Shown here piece by piece: positions 9,541-17,291 of a DNA stretch of 23,166 bases. The notes below the pieces were generated by a model. The model did no database searches. It was not told the origin of the DNA and was given only the letters and a program-made list of their open reading frames with translations. Origin of the DNA: a virus (taxonomy: Duplodnaviria; Heunggongvirae; Uroviricota; Caudoviricetes). Positions within the stretch are counted from its first letter, which is position 1. Every line of letters starts with the position of its first letter. The translations under genes were made by a program, and so were the position numbers. The stretch spans positions 64,001-87,166 of IMG/VR virus record IMGVR_UViG_2630968876_000001. One strand, written 5' to 3'.

Positions 9541-9865
9541 TGATTAACTCCGGCTTGCCGCCCGCGTATTCGCGCATGCGGTTACGCAGCCATGCCATAT
9601 CCGGCAGGGAAAGCGTCTGGCCGGCGGGCAGCGGTTCCATCTCTGACTCAATCCCGCACAGCAGCCGGAAAATCCAGCGCAAATCCGCGTTGCCCTCATA
9701 GGCGCGGTATGCCGCCAGGTCAGCGCGGAATATCTCGTCGAGACGGATGGTGTAGTCCTGATTCTCTTCGTGAAAAGAGGCGGAACGCTTTATAACTTCC
9801 TGGTGAAAGAGGCTGCGCAGCACCACATCCTCAATGGAGCGATCGTCGAGGCGGTTATAACTCAC
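9533..9865 (-). CDS. gp26: Baseplate protein, P1 gp26-like
   Basis: RLDDRSI, RADLAAYRAY, LRWIF and LSLPDMAWLR resemble P1 gp26. Syntenic position. Confidence 0.75.
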   Translation of the reverse strand: MSYNRLDDRSIEDVVLRSLFHQEVIKRSASFHEENQDYTIRLDEIFRADLAAYRAYEGNADLRWIFRLLCGIESEMEPLPAGQTLSLPDMAWLRNRMREYAGGKPELISG

Positions 9866-10515
9866 AGAATCCGCTCCTCGTCGCTGATGCGCATCCCGGC
9901 CAGCGTCTCCGGCACGGCCTCAGCGGCTTTGATTTTCTCGTAGCCGACAAGGCGCTTAAACGCATCCATGACGGACGGCTTTTCCTCTGCTGCAGCGGCG
10001 CTCATGGCGTTAACGTAGTCCGCTGACGCCACGTTGTTATAGCCCACGGCAAAGCAGCACAGGATGGTGAGCACATGCTCCGGGCGTATATCGCGCCAGT
10101 TGATGCGGTACACCTCCTCGCCGCTGGCGTTGTACTCCACCTCCACGATGGAATCGGGGATCTCAAAAGCGCCTTTGTTCTCTTTAGGCAGCGCGAGATT
10201 TTCCTGCAGCATGAGCTCGTTGTAACGCTCAATACCGATCAGCACCGCCGCGCGGCCATCGCTGCCTTTTGCTTTGAGAGAAACGTGATTGCCGCCCACG
10301 ACGCCGGACACCTTGCCCGTGGCTTCATCCACCAGCACCTTAAAGCCCTGCGCGCGCAGCGTTTCAATGTAGGGCGTGAGTTTGGCTACCTGCGCCCGCA
10401 TGCCCTTTGGCAGCGGCTGCGGCTTTGACATAACCAGCGTGTGATCTTCGTAAATGGCGGTGATAGCCATTGGCTGACTGGTTGAGAGACTGATTACTGC
10501 GATTTTCTGTTTCAC
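9862..10515 (-). CDS. Putative morphogenetic protein (P1 Pmg-like), first gene of the structural block
   Basis: GTG start. INWRDIRPEHVLTILCCFAVGYNNVASADYV resembles a P1 pmg product, but the exact pmg letter is not certain. Overlaps gp26 by 4 bp. Confidence 0.7.
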   Translation of the reverse strand: MKQKIAVISLSTSQPMAITAIYEDHTLVMSKPQPLPKGMRAQVAKLTPYIETLRAQGFKVLVDEATGKVSGVVGGNHVSLKAKGSDGRAAVLIGIERYNELMLQENLALPKENKGAFEIPDSIVEVEYNASGEEVYRINWRDIRPEHVLTILCCFAVGYNNVASADYVNAMSAAAAEEKPSVMDAFKRLVGYEKIKAAEAVPETLAGMRISDEERIL

Positions 10516-10700
10516 GTCTGTACCCCTGAAAAGGCGAAAGGCCGCATATAGCGGCCTCTCTGGCTTTTAACGTTCCCAACCGCGCGTTGCAGATTAGGTA
10601 AGTTGTCAAAAATTCCATCAGGGAACCGCTAACAGCTTGGGGCGACTTTAAGCGGTTTGTAATTTGCGGTGTTACAGGTCAAGCAGTTTTTTTAGAAAAT

Positions 10701-10729
10701 AAAAAAGGCCGCTGATTAGCGACCTTTTG
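10701..10729 (-). terminator. Rho-independent terminator downstream of higA
   Basis: AAAAAGGCCGCT-GATT-AGCGACCTTTTT stem with one mismatch. T-rich tail on the minus strand. Confidence 0.75.
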
Positions 10730-10742
10730 ATATTGGAGTGCG

Positions 10743-11036
10743 TTATCGAACAGATAAGGCTTTAATCACGTTAACCGGATCGTGTTCTATCGCTCGAAGC
10801 AGCGCCTGAGCAGGGCCGGTTGGTTTACGGCGTCCTTGTTCCCAGTTTTTTAACGTGTCCACGCTTACAGATATAAGTGTTGCAAAGCCGGACTGCGAAA
10901 GCCCGGTTTTGTCGCGTAGTTGTTTGATGCTTGACTGATTGACCTCAGTCACGCGGGAAGGCTCCGCAGAGCCTTCGATAATTTCGTTCATTTGCCCCAT
11001 GCTGGCAGTAAGGCGACTAAACAGTTTCTGATCCAT
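10743..11036 (-). CDS. higA: HigA-type antitoxin (C-terminal Cro/C1 HTH)
   Basis: LRDKTGLSQSGFATLISVSVDTLKNWEQGRRKPTGPA. The ATG at 11036 overlaps the toxin stop (TAATG). Confidence 0.88.
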   Translation of the reverse strand: MDQKLFSRLTASMGQMNEIIEGSAEPSRVTEVNQSSIKQLRDKTGLSQSGFATLISVSVDTLKNWEQGRRKPTGPAQALLRAIEHDPVNVIKALSVR

Positions 11037-11353
11037 TACCAACTCTCATTCATTTTGCGGAGAATTTTCTTCTCGTCTGGCGTCAGGTCGTCTTTAATGC
11101 CTTTGGCATACATCAGAATCAGTCTGATCTGATCGGCAGCGGAGACGTGATAGTAAATCACTCTGACACCCCCTCGTTTACCTTTGCCTTTTGACGGAAC
11201 AGCCCATCTTATTTTTCTTAACCCGCCTGATTGCTGAATCACATCACCTGACGTTGGATTATCAGCAAGGTGTTGCTGAAAGTCTTTGTATTCATCGTCA
11301 GTCAGTAACTCCTTAACATCTTCCGTAAAAATCGGAGTCTCAATAAATATCAT
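11036..11353 (-). CDS. higB: HigB-2/RelE-family toxin
   Basis: IFIETPIF, GDVIQQSGGLRKIRW, KGKGKRGGVRVIYY and LMYAK. Toxin-first gene order. ATG at 11353 preferred. Confidence 0.9.
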   Translation of the reverse strand: MIFIETPIFTEDVKELLTDDEYKDFQQHLADNPTSGDVIQQSGGLRKIRWAVPSKGKGKRGGVRVIYYHVSAADQIRLILMYAKGIKDDLTPDEKKILRKMNESW

Positions 11354-11384
11354 AGCTGTACGCCACTGGCTTATCAATGAGGGT

Positions 11385-11425
11385 AGTTTACAAGATTGCA
11401 GCTATACGTCAATGGCGTATAGCTG
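11385..11425 (-). promoter_or_regulatory. higBA promoter with an overlapping palindromic operator
   Basis: Minus strand TTGACG (11407-11412), 16 bp, TAAACT (11385-11390). Perfect 10-bp inverted repeat CAGCTATACG-N7-CGTATAGCTG at 11399-11425. Confidence 0.7.
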
Positions 11426-11443
11426 TATATGATTGATTGTCGT

Positions 11444-12160
11444 CTAAGCCCCGATAGCATTAGGGTTTAGGAGATGCCCGATGCCTGCCAGACTGTAAGC
11501 CTTTGCCATTAACTGCATTTCCAATCCGTTATGCCTGGCGAACTCTGCCTTGCCTCCTGTTATGCCGTCCGCGTGTACCGGCACCAGCCAGGGAAACTCT
11601 GCGCGGACGTGTGCTGGCGCGGCGTGCTGGTGATGATGATCGCAAAGGGGGATCTGCAACAGGTGTGCGCCGGGTTTAGTGCGACCGTCAATGTGATGCA
11701 GGCTGATTAGCGGTGATTCCTTCCCGTGCTGCAGGCAGGCAATGCAGGGTAGCTTGCCTAACGCATCCATAACCACGCGCTCTGCTGTCGTGGGCGCTCG
11801 CCCTTTAAGCCCTTTTCCTGACGCGCTGGCGCGCGTTTGCGGCTTCGCTGTTATCCGTGCAGGCTTTTTCTCTTTCAGGCGCTCAGAAGCGCTTACAGCG
11901 CGTTTTTCTGCTTTGGCTTTTTGCTCTGCTTTCCACTCCGGGGAGCTGCGACGTTCAATCTGCCTGGCAAGCATTCTGCTGGCGCTGGCCTGCTGCTTAT
12001 CGTACTGCTGCTGGCGGTACTCCGGATCGGCCTGCTTTGCCGCCTGCCTTTCACGCTGTCGCTGCTGCATTCTGGCCTGCTTTGCCGCCTGCCTTTCACG
12101 CTGTCGCTGCTGCATTCTGGCCTGCTTTTCCCGTGCTGCCTGATACTGTGACGCTTCCAT
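11444..12160 (-). CDS. ref: Recombination enhancement function Ref (RecA-dependent HNH-type nuclease)
   Basis: GLKGRAPT, LPCIAC, SLHHIDGRT, PLCDHHHQHAAP and PWLVPVHADG closely match P1 Ref. Basic N-terminal extension. Confidence 0.92.
   Translation of the reverse strand: MEASQYQAAREKQARMQQRQRERQAAKQARMQQRQRERQAAKQADPEYRQQQYDKQQASASRMLARQIERRSSPEWKAEQKAKAEKRAVSASERLKEKKPARITAKPQTRASASGKGLKGRAPTTAERVVMDALGKLPCIACLQHGKESPLISLHHIDGRTKPGAHLLQIPLCDHHHQHAAPAHVRAEFPWLVPVHADGITGGKAEFARHNGLEMQLMAKAYSLAGIGHLLNPNAIGA
12029..12128. repeat. In-frame 45-bp tandem repeat in ref (2 full copies plus 10 bp)
   Basis: Identical units at 12029-12073 and 12074-12118, encoding KQARMQQRQRERQAA twice. Confidence 0.95.
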
Positions 12161-12169
12161 AGCACACCC

Positions 12170-12194
12170 AATTCTAAATATATTATTTAGAATT
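12170..12194. promoter_or_regulatory. Putative repressor operator, perfect inverted repeat 10 bp upstream of the ref start
   Basis: AATTCTAAATA-TAT-TATTTAGAATT. Same ATTCTAAA-N7-TTTAGAAT geometry as 5136-5158. Confidence 0.65.
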
Positions 12195-12417
12195 GTTGAT
12201 CGTCTGCAAGGCGCTGTAAAGCAATATGAAATTGTCCAGTGGGAGATTTAAGATTTCTGCGGGCAGGCAACCAGCGTGCTTGTACGTCGCTTACAGCTGC
12301 GATCTACAGTTCATGTGTGCCACGGGGGATATGGTAAGAAAAGCGCAGCAGAACGTCGCTGAGGCGGTGATACAGGCGATTGGCAATGAGATGTGAGAGC
12401 GGCATAGGGTGCTGAAG

Positions 12418-12703
12418 TGTGGATAACTGCTTAGCCTTATGAGTTATCCACTTATCAACTGGATAGATCCAAATAAATATCCAAATAGAACCTAATAGAT
12501 CCTAAAAGATCCAGGTGCTCGAAAACCCAGTGCTGGCAAGGCCTGCAGAGGAGTTACGATGTTTGTAAACATGATAAAAGTGTTTATAAACATGATAAAA
12601 GTGTTTGCTTGCATGATAAAAGTGTTTATAAACATGCTAGACGATGTTTGTAAACATGATGGCTTGGCCATGAGCTGTGATTAACCTTTTTGGGTGTGGA
12701 TAG
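12418..12703 (+). other. P1 oriR-like replication origin
   Basis: DnaA boxes TGTGGATAA (12418-12426, perfect), TTATCCACT (12444-12452) and TGTGGATAG (12695-12703). Five AGATCC-like units at 12465, 12477, 12487, 12497 and 12507, three with GATC. Followed by five iterons. Confidence 0.88.
12560..12662 (+). repeat. Five origin iterons (incC-like), 21-22 bp period
   Basis: Units related to TGTTTATAAACATGATAAAAG start at 12560, 12581, 12602, 12623 and 12645. Confidence 0.92.
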
Positions 12704-12710
12704 GTGAAAA

Positions 12711-13595
12711 ATGGAAAGCGAAAACAGTGAGTTATTGTTAGTGGATGTACTGGCTGAAAGTAAAAGTGGTGACAAACTTATCCCCACCCATAGCAGCACA
12801 ATCCAGCCTGTAGCTTTAATGCGATTAGGGCTATTTGTTCCAACGTTAAAGCGTAAAGGTGCAGATGTAGACGGTATCGTAATTGACGTGTCAAACGAAC
12901 TTTCTCAGCTGGAGATCGCTAAAGCGGAAGGTTATCAGACCATTAAGATTACTGGACCACGCCTGTCTATGGAGACCGATTTTAAAGTATGGGTCGCTGT
13001 GATCCTGTCGTTTTCCAAGTATGGCTTGTCCAGTAACACTATAGAGCTGCCATTCTCGGAATTTGCCAGTATGGCCGGATATCCTGACAACCTAAAAAAT
13101 CATGTGTTGCGGGAAAAGATTTCTGAATCATTGGTGCGGTTGAGGCGTACTGCCATCGACCTTTCGACCAAAGATCGGAAGAAATTCAATGTTACTGGCT
13201 TACTCCAGATGGGTAAGTGGGACGTTGAAAAAGATGTGATTCGCCTACAGGCCGATGAATCCCTATGGGAACTGTACCGTTATGACAATCAAGTGCTTTT
13301 GCAGATGCTACTGCTCCGTAAATTGTCCGGCAAAGGCACTGCACAAGCACTGTACACGTTTATTCATAGCCTGCCTGAAAAGCCATTGCCGCTCTCATTT
13401 GAGCGTATCAAGCGGCGTTTAATGCTTACGTCATCTGATGGGCAGCAGAACAGAACCATTAAGAAGGCAATCGACGATTTGATCGAAGCAGGTTACCTGG
13501 ATGCGTCGGTCATCAAAAAGAACAAAGAATGGCATGTTTGCATTCATGCTCGGAAGAAGATTGGAACTGACCCTTCGATGCTGACGGAAGAATAA
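12711..13595 (+). CDS. repA: Replication initiator RepA (P1/IncFIB RepA family)
   Basis: TIQPVALMRLGLFVP, SQLEIAKAEGY, IKITGPRL, FSKYGLSSNTI, ADESLWELY, LPEKPLPLSFERI and QNRTIKKAI match P1 RepA. Confidence 0.95.
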   Translation: MESENSELLLVDVLAESKSGDKLIPTHSSTIQPVALMRLGLFVPTLKRKGADVDGIVIDVSNELSQLEIAKAEGYQTIKITGPRLSMETDFKVWVAVILSFSKYGLSSNTIELPFSEFASMAGYPDNLKNHVLREKISESLVRLRRTAIDLSTKDRKKFNVTGLLQMGKWDVEKDVIRLQADESLWELYRYDNQVLLQMLLLRKLSGKGTAQALYTFIHSLPEKPLPLSFERIKRRLMLTSSDGQQNRTIKKAIDDLIEAGYLDASVIKKNKEWHVCIHARKKIGTDPSMLTEE

Positions 13596-13599
13596 AACG

Positions 13600-14417
13600 A
13601 TGTTTGCAAACATGATGCAGCGAAGCAAAAGTGTTTGTAAACATGCCGGGAATGTTTGCAAACATGATAGCCACCAGCATTCCGCCGGAAAGTGTTTGTA
13701 AACATGGCAGGCAGTGACTGACGCGATGAAAATAACAGCAAATCTGGCATTTTCTAACGTGCCATCATGATTGCAAACATCTTCACCGGATAACTCCAGC
13801 CCGGCTGGCATGTTTGCAAACATTTTTACCGCTGTTCGGGATCTCCATCATGTTTATAAACATTGTGACCTAATTGTAGTAATCGTGCTGGTGGCGCAGA
13901 ACGTTGGCCACGATGTTTGCAAACATGACAACCACCAGTATTCCGCCAGAAAGTGTTTATAAACATGATGGACGCTGCTCACGCTCAATACATTGCCCTG
14001 GCGCAATTGGACTGGCACGTTTGTTAGCATGTTTATAAACACTTTTCAGCCTGACACCCGATCCCATCATGTTTGTAAACACTGTTAGTCTATTCATGGC
14101 AGCGGCTGATGCCTGCCATGAAACCAGCAACACAGCTGCGATTGGCCGTTTAGACATGAGGGCAATTACTACATAGTGCCCTTGGGCTAATACTGGCGCG
14201 GCTGGTGGTGCAGAACGCTGGCAACGATGTTTGCAAACATGACAGCCACCAGCATTTCGCCAGAAAGTGTTTATAAACATGCTGAGCATGTTTGCAAACA
14301 TGATGGAGCCTGCTTACGCACGATACATCGCCCTGGCACAACTGACCCGGCACGCTCTCCAGCATGTTTATAAACATTTTTCAGCCTGGTACCCGATCCC
14401 ATCATGTTTATAAACAC
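13600..14417. repeat. Downstream iteron array (incA-like copy-number control locus), 16 copies in mixed orientation
   Basis: TGTTT(G/A)(C/T)AAACA-type cores at 13600, 13631, 13652, 13692, 13766, 13809, 13849, 13913, 13953, 14028, 14068, 14227, 14267, 14287, 14363 and 14403. Confidence 0.9.
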
Positions 14418-14555
14418 TATTAGTCTATTCATGGCAACGGCTGACGCCTGCCATGAAACCAGCAACATTAGGTGTTGTAGCCAGATAAATGCACGGCACT
14501 TCGACCATAACGCCAAAACCTATCTTAGCGGCATGCCATTACCAGAAGAGGTTAC

Positions 14556-14771
14556 ATGAAAACCATTGATAGCAGCACTGCACACGCAGCATGGGACGCT
14601 ACGATCGATACTGCGCTGAATGAGCCAGTAAAGATAACCCGGCAGGGGGAAAGCGTTGTAATGGTGTCCGGGAGCCTCTATGAGACGCTGCAGCAGCTGC
14701 TACTGGAAAAAGATATGGAGTATCTGCTGGAACGTCACGCAGGCACCTTTAAAGCGCTGGCTGACAGATAG
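14556..14771 (+). CDS. phd: Phd-family antitoxin with no adjacent doc
   Basis: GAGG RBS. EPVKITRQG, VMVS and the C-terminal LERHAGTFKALADR align with P1 Phd. Followed directly by a terminator. Confidence 0.8.
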   Translation: MKTIDSSTAHAAWDATIDTALNEPVKITRQGESVVMVSGSLYETLQQLLLEKDMEYLLERHAGTFKALADR

Positions 14772-14793
14772 AGCCTGCGCTGGCCACCAGCTT

Positions 14794-14820
14794 AAAAAAG
14801 CCGCATTTAGCGGCTTTTTT
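14794..14820. terminator. Bidirectional rho-independent terminator
   Basis: AAAAAAGCCGC-ATTTA-GCGGCTTTTTT. Confidence 0.9.
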
Positions 14821-14827
14821 GTTGGGC

Positions 14828-15049
14828 TCAGGATATGGTTTTAAACAGTGGATAGAGCATGACATTAGAATTAACTGCTTTTCCTCTGTCGTCATATGAC
14901 ACCCACTGCTTTTTCTCAAATACAATGTGATAGTCACCGCGATCAATGCGTAATGGCTGCTCTTTCATGCGTGAATCCCGGAATCCTTTTGCTCTCCAGT
15001 ACCCGCGCCACTTATCCAATTCAATCTTCTTTAAGCCCAAACAAATCAT
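14828..15049 (-). CDS. Hypothetical protein (73 aa)
   Basis: ORF ending at the bidirectional terminator, with a copy of the operator motif just upstream. No family recognised. Confidence 0.5.
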   Translation of the reverse strand: MICLGLKKIELDKWRGYWRAKGFRDSRMKEQPLRIDRGDYHIVFEKKQWVSYDDRGKAVNSNVMLYPLFKTIS

Positions 15050-15061
15050 CAGAAAAATCTT

Positions 15062-15078
15062 ATTAATTTAGAATGGCG
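15062..15078. promoter_or_regulatory. Copy of the putative repressor operator
   Basis: ATTAATTTAGAATGGCG is the exact 17-bp reverse complement of 5132-5148. Confidence 0.55.
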
Positions 15079-15131
15079 CGCATTCTCGCCTGAAATCATC
15101 CACTGGTCAATTCCCGGCGCTTAATCTTATA

Positions 15132-15147
15132 CTGTATTTTTATACAG
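15132..15147 (+). promoter_or_regulatory. LexA (SOS) box
   Basis: CTGTATTTTTATACAG fits CTGT-N8-ACAG and lies immediately upstream of the umuD RBS (AGGAGG). Confidence 0.9.
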
Positions 15148-15162
15148 GCAAAGGAGGTGGAT

Positions 15163-15606
15163 ATGATGCGATTAGAACTAATAGCCAAACCGGCACACAC
15201 CGCGCCACGACAGGCGTATTTACAGTTTCTGGAGAAGGTGGCAGCAGGTTTTCCGTCGCCGGCAATAGGCTACGAAGATACGCCGCTGGATCTGAATGAG
15301 TACTGCGTCCGGGCTAAAACGGCGACTTATTTTGTCCGCTGCCAGGGCGAGTCGATGATTGATGCCGGTATTTTTGATGGCGATTTGCTGGTGGTGGACA
15401 AGTCGCGCACGGCAGCAGACGGACAGATCGTGATTGCCTCAGTGGACGGGGAATTTACGGTAAAAAAGCTGCAGCTGAAGCCGGAGCCGATGCTGCTGGC
15501 GATGAACCCGCGCTATAAGCCGATCCCGATTGAGCCGGAGTCACTGGAAATATGGGGCGTGGTCACTTACGTGATCCACAGTACTGACAATGTTTCTTCA
15601 CAGTGA
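15163..15606 (+). CDS. umuD: DNA polymerase V subunit UmuD (S24 peptidase)
   Basis: VAAGFPSPA cleavage site, GESM catalytic Ser, FTVKKL catalytic Lys. Start is 15163 or 15166. Confidence 0.95.
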   Translation: MMRLELIAKPAHTAPRQAYLQFLEKVAAGFPSPAIGYEDTPLDLNEYCVRAKTATYFVRCQGESMIDAGIFDGDLLVVDKSRTAADGQIVIASVDGEFTVKKLQLKPEPMLLAMNPRYKPIPIEPESLEIWGVVTYVIHSTDNVSSQ

Positions 15607-16855
15607 CGTTAACGCGTTCTACGTGTCCGCCGAGCTGGCATTCAGACCGGACCTGTACGGGCGCCCGGTGGTGGTGGCGACGAACAATGACGGGTGCATA
15701 GCCGCGCTGAACAAAGAGGCGAAAAACGCCGGACTGAAGCGGGGCGATCCGCTGTTTAAAATCCGCGACACAATCCGGCGCTATGGCGTGGTGGTATTCA
15801 GCAGCAACTACACGCTGTACGACGCATTCAGTAAGCGCTTTCATTCCATTGTGGGTGAGCATGTTCCTAACCTGGAAGCATACTCAATCGACGAGGTATT
15901 TGGCTCTCTGGATGGCATGTCGAAGCTGGTGGACTATCAGGCGTTTGGAGAGGAGATCCGCCGGACCGTCATCCAGCACACCACGATGAAGTGTGGCGTG
16001 GGGATAGCGGAAACCAAGACGCTCTGTAAGGTTGCCACGCACGCAGCAAAGACCTGGCCGAAAACAGGCGGCGTGGTGGTGCTGACCGACCCGGCACGGC
16101 GTGACAAGCTGCTGTCGCTGCTGGACGTTTCCGAAACGTGGGGAGTAGGGAGCCGGATAGCCGCCAGGCTGCGCATGATGAACATCAGGACGATGCTCGA
16201 CCTTGCCCGCGCTGACACAACCACGATCCGCAAAACGTTTAATGTGATGCTGGAGCGCACGGTAAGAGAGCTGCGCGGCGAACGCTGCTTTGAGCTCGAA
16301 GAGAACCCGCCCACGAAGCAGCAGATTGTGGTGAGCCGGTCCTTTGGCAAACGCCTCACCAGCCTGGACGAAGTGAGCAACGCAGTTTGCTTCTTTGCCA
16401 CCAGCGCCGGCGAAAAGCTGCGCCGTGAAAAGCAGTATTGCCGGAATATCACGGTATTCATCCAGACCAGCAAACACGATCCGAACTACCCGTATTACTC
16501 GCGCGGCGCCAGCCATTCGTTTACCACGGCCACACAGGACACGCGCGATCTGATTGATGCCGCCGTTCGCGGCCTGCGGGCTATCTGGCGCGATGGCTAC
16601 CAGTATGCAAAGGCAGGCGTGATGCTGGGGGAGTTTTGCGGCTCAGAGCAGCAGTTAAACCTGTTTGATGACGCGCCGCCGCGACCCGGCAGCGATAAGC
16701 TGATGGCTGTCATGGACAAACTGAACAGCTATCAGCGCGGCACGCTGTTTCTGGCAGGGCAGGGCGTGAATCCGGCTTACCAGATGAAACGCGAAATGCT
16801 CTCACCGCGCTACCTCACGCGATGGGAAGAACTGCCAGTCGTGAAACTAAAATAG
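15590..16855 (+). CDS. umuC: DNA polymerase V catalytic subunit UmuC (Y-family)
   Basis: DVNAFY, NNDGC, FSSNY, YSIDE, SRSFG, KAGVML and MKREMLSPRYLTRW. Confidence 0.96.
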   Translation: MFLHSDVNAFYVSAELAFRPDLYGRPVVVATNNDGCIAALNKEAKNAGLKRGDPLFKIRDTIRRYGVVVFSSNYTLYDAFSKRFHSIVGEHVPNLEAYSIDEVFGSLDGMSKLVDYQAFGEEIRRTVIQHTTMKCGVGIAETKTLCKVATHAAKTWPKTGGVVVLTDPARRDKLLSLLDVSETWGVGSRIAARLRMMNIRTMLDLARADTTTIRKTFNVMLERTVRELRGERCFELEENPPTKQQIVVSRSFGKRLTSLDEVSNAVCFFATSAGEKLRREKQYCRNITVFIQTSKHDPNYPYYSRGASHSFTTATQDTRDLIDAAVRGLRAIWRDGYQYAKAGVMLGEFCGSEQQLNLFDDAPPRPGSDKLMAVMDKLNSYQRGTLFLAGQGVNPAYQMKREMLSPRYLTRWEELPVVKLK

Positions 16856-16948
16856 CCGGGATTAATCCCTGGAATTACAGTAATTTAGGTTAAGTGTATT
16901 CAGCCATTATGTTATTCCGATTTATTTGCTGAAAGAGCCGATCAAATG

Positions 16949-16977
16949 TTGATCACCTTTTAGAATGTGCATACAAT
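16949..16977 (+). promoter_or_regulatory. Putative sigma70 promoter with an operator half-site in the spacer
   Basis: TTGATC (16949-16954), 17 bp, TACAAT (16972-16977). TTTAGAAT at 16959-16966. Confidence 0.5.
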
Positions 16978-17040
16978 CAGAAAAAACTGAAAACGTACAT
17001 TTTGAGTGCGTTAATTTTCCGGACAGGGAGTTTTACGGAT

Positions 17041-17178
17041 ATGGCTGATATTTTATACACTGCGATGATGGGCTTTTATGCGCTGCTGGCGCTGACTTCT
17101 TCTGTAGTTATGTGCCGATTACCCGGCATGATCAAAGCATTTGATGCCGAAGTAGCAAAAAATAACCTGTCTGCCTGA
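17041..17178 (+). CDS. Small predicted single-pass membrane protein (45 aa, not in the ORF track)
   Basis: MADILYTAMMGFYALLALTSSVVMCRLPGMIKAFDAEVAKNNLSA. GGGAG lies about 10 nt upstream and a promoter further upstream. Confidence 0.5.
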   Translation: MADILYTAMMGFYALLALTSSVVMCRLPGMIKAFDAEVAKNNLSA

Positions 17179-17291
17179 TCACCGCTTTACACATCGCGTA
17201 ACCCCTCATTTTTCTCATTCCCGGCTGGCTACACGTTGCGCCAGCCGGAAATGACGCCTCATTTCGTCAAAAAACAACACTAATAAACAAA

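Noticed and set aside
5170-10515. T6SS, tailocin or contractile injection system
   Set aside because: The genes match P1 virion genes in sequence and order and sit with P1-type repA, ref and dmt. No T6SS membrane complex, ClpV or effector genes are present.
11399-11425. loxP-like recombination site
   Set aside because: It shares TATACG/CGTATA with loxP, but the arms are in the opposite arrangement and only 10 bp long. It overlaps the higBA -35, so an autoregulatory operator is more parsimonious.
13600-14417. CRISPR-like array of palindromic repeats with about 25-bp spacers
   Set aside because: Repeats are only about 15 bp, occur in both orientations and are irregularly spaced. The spacers are homologous to each other, the repeats equal the origin iterons, and there are no cas genes.
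13431-14516. Several ORFs with repeated MFANM/MFINM/CLQT peptides
   Set aside because: These are translations of the iteron array, not credible genes.
16858-16869. 12-bp palindrome GGGATTAATCCC just after umuC
   Set aside because: Single occurrence, no loop or U-tract, and no second copy noticed. It could be chance.
17180-17280. tRNA or C4-like antisense RNA
   Set aside because: Only a single hairpin is present. I found no cloverleaf or T-loop consensus, no C4 a/b repeats, and no icd-ant genes nearby.
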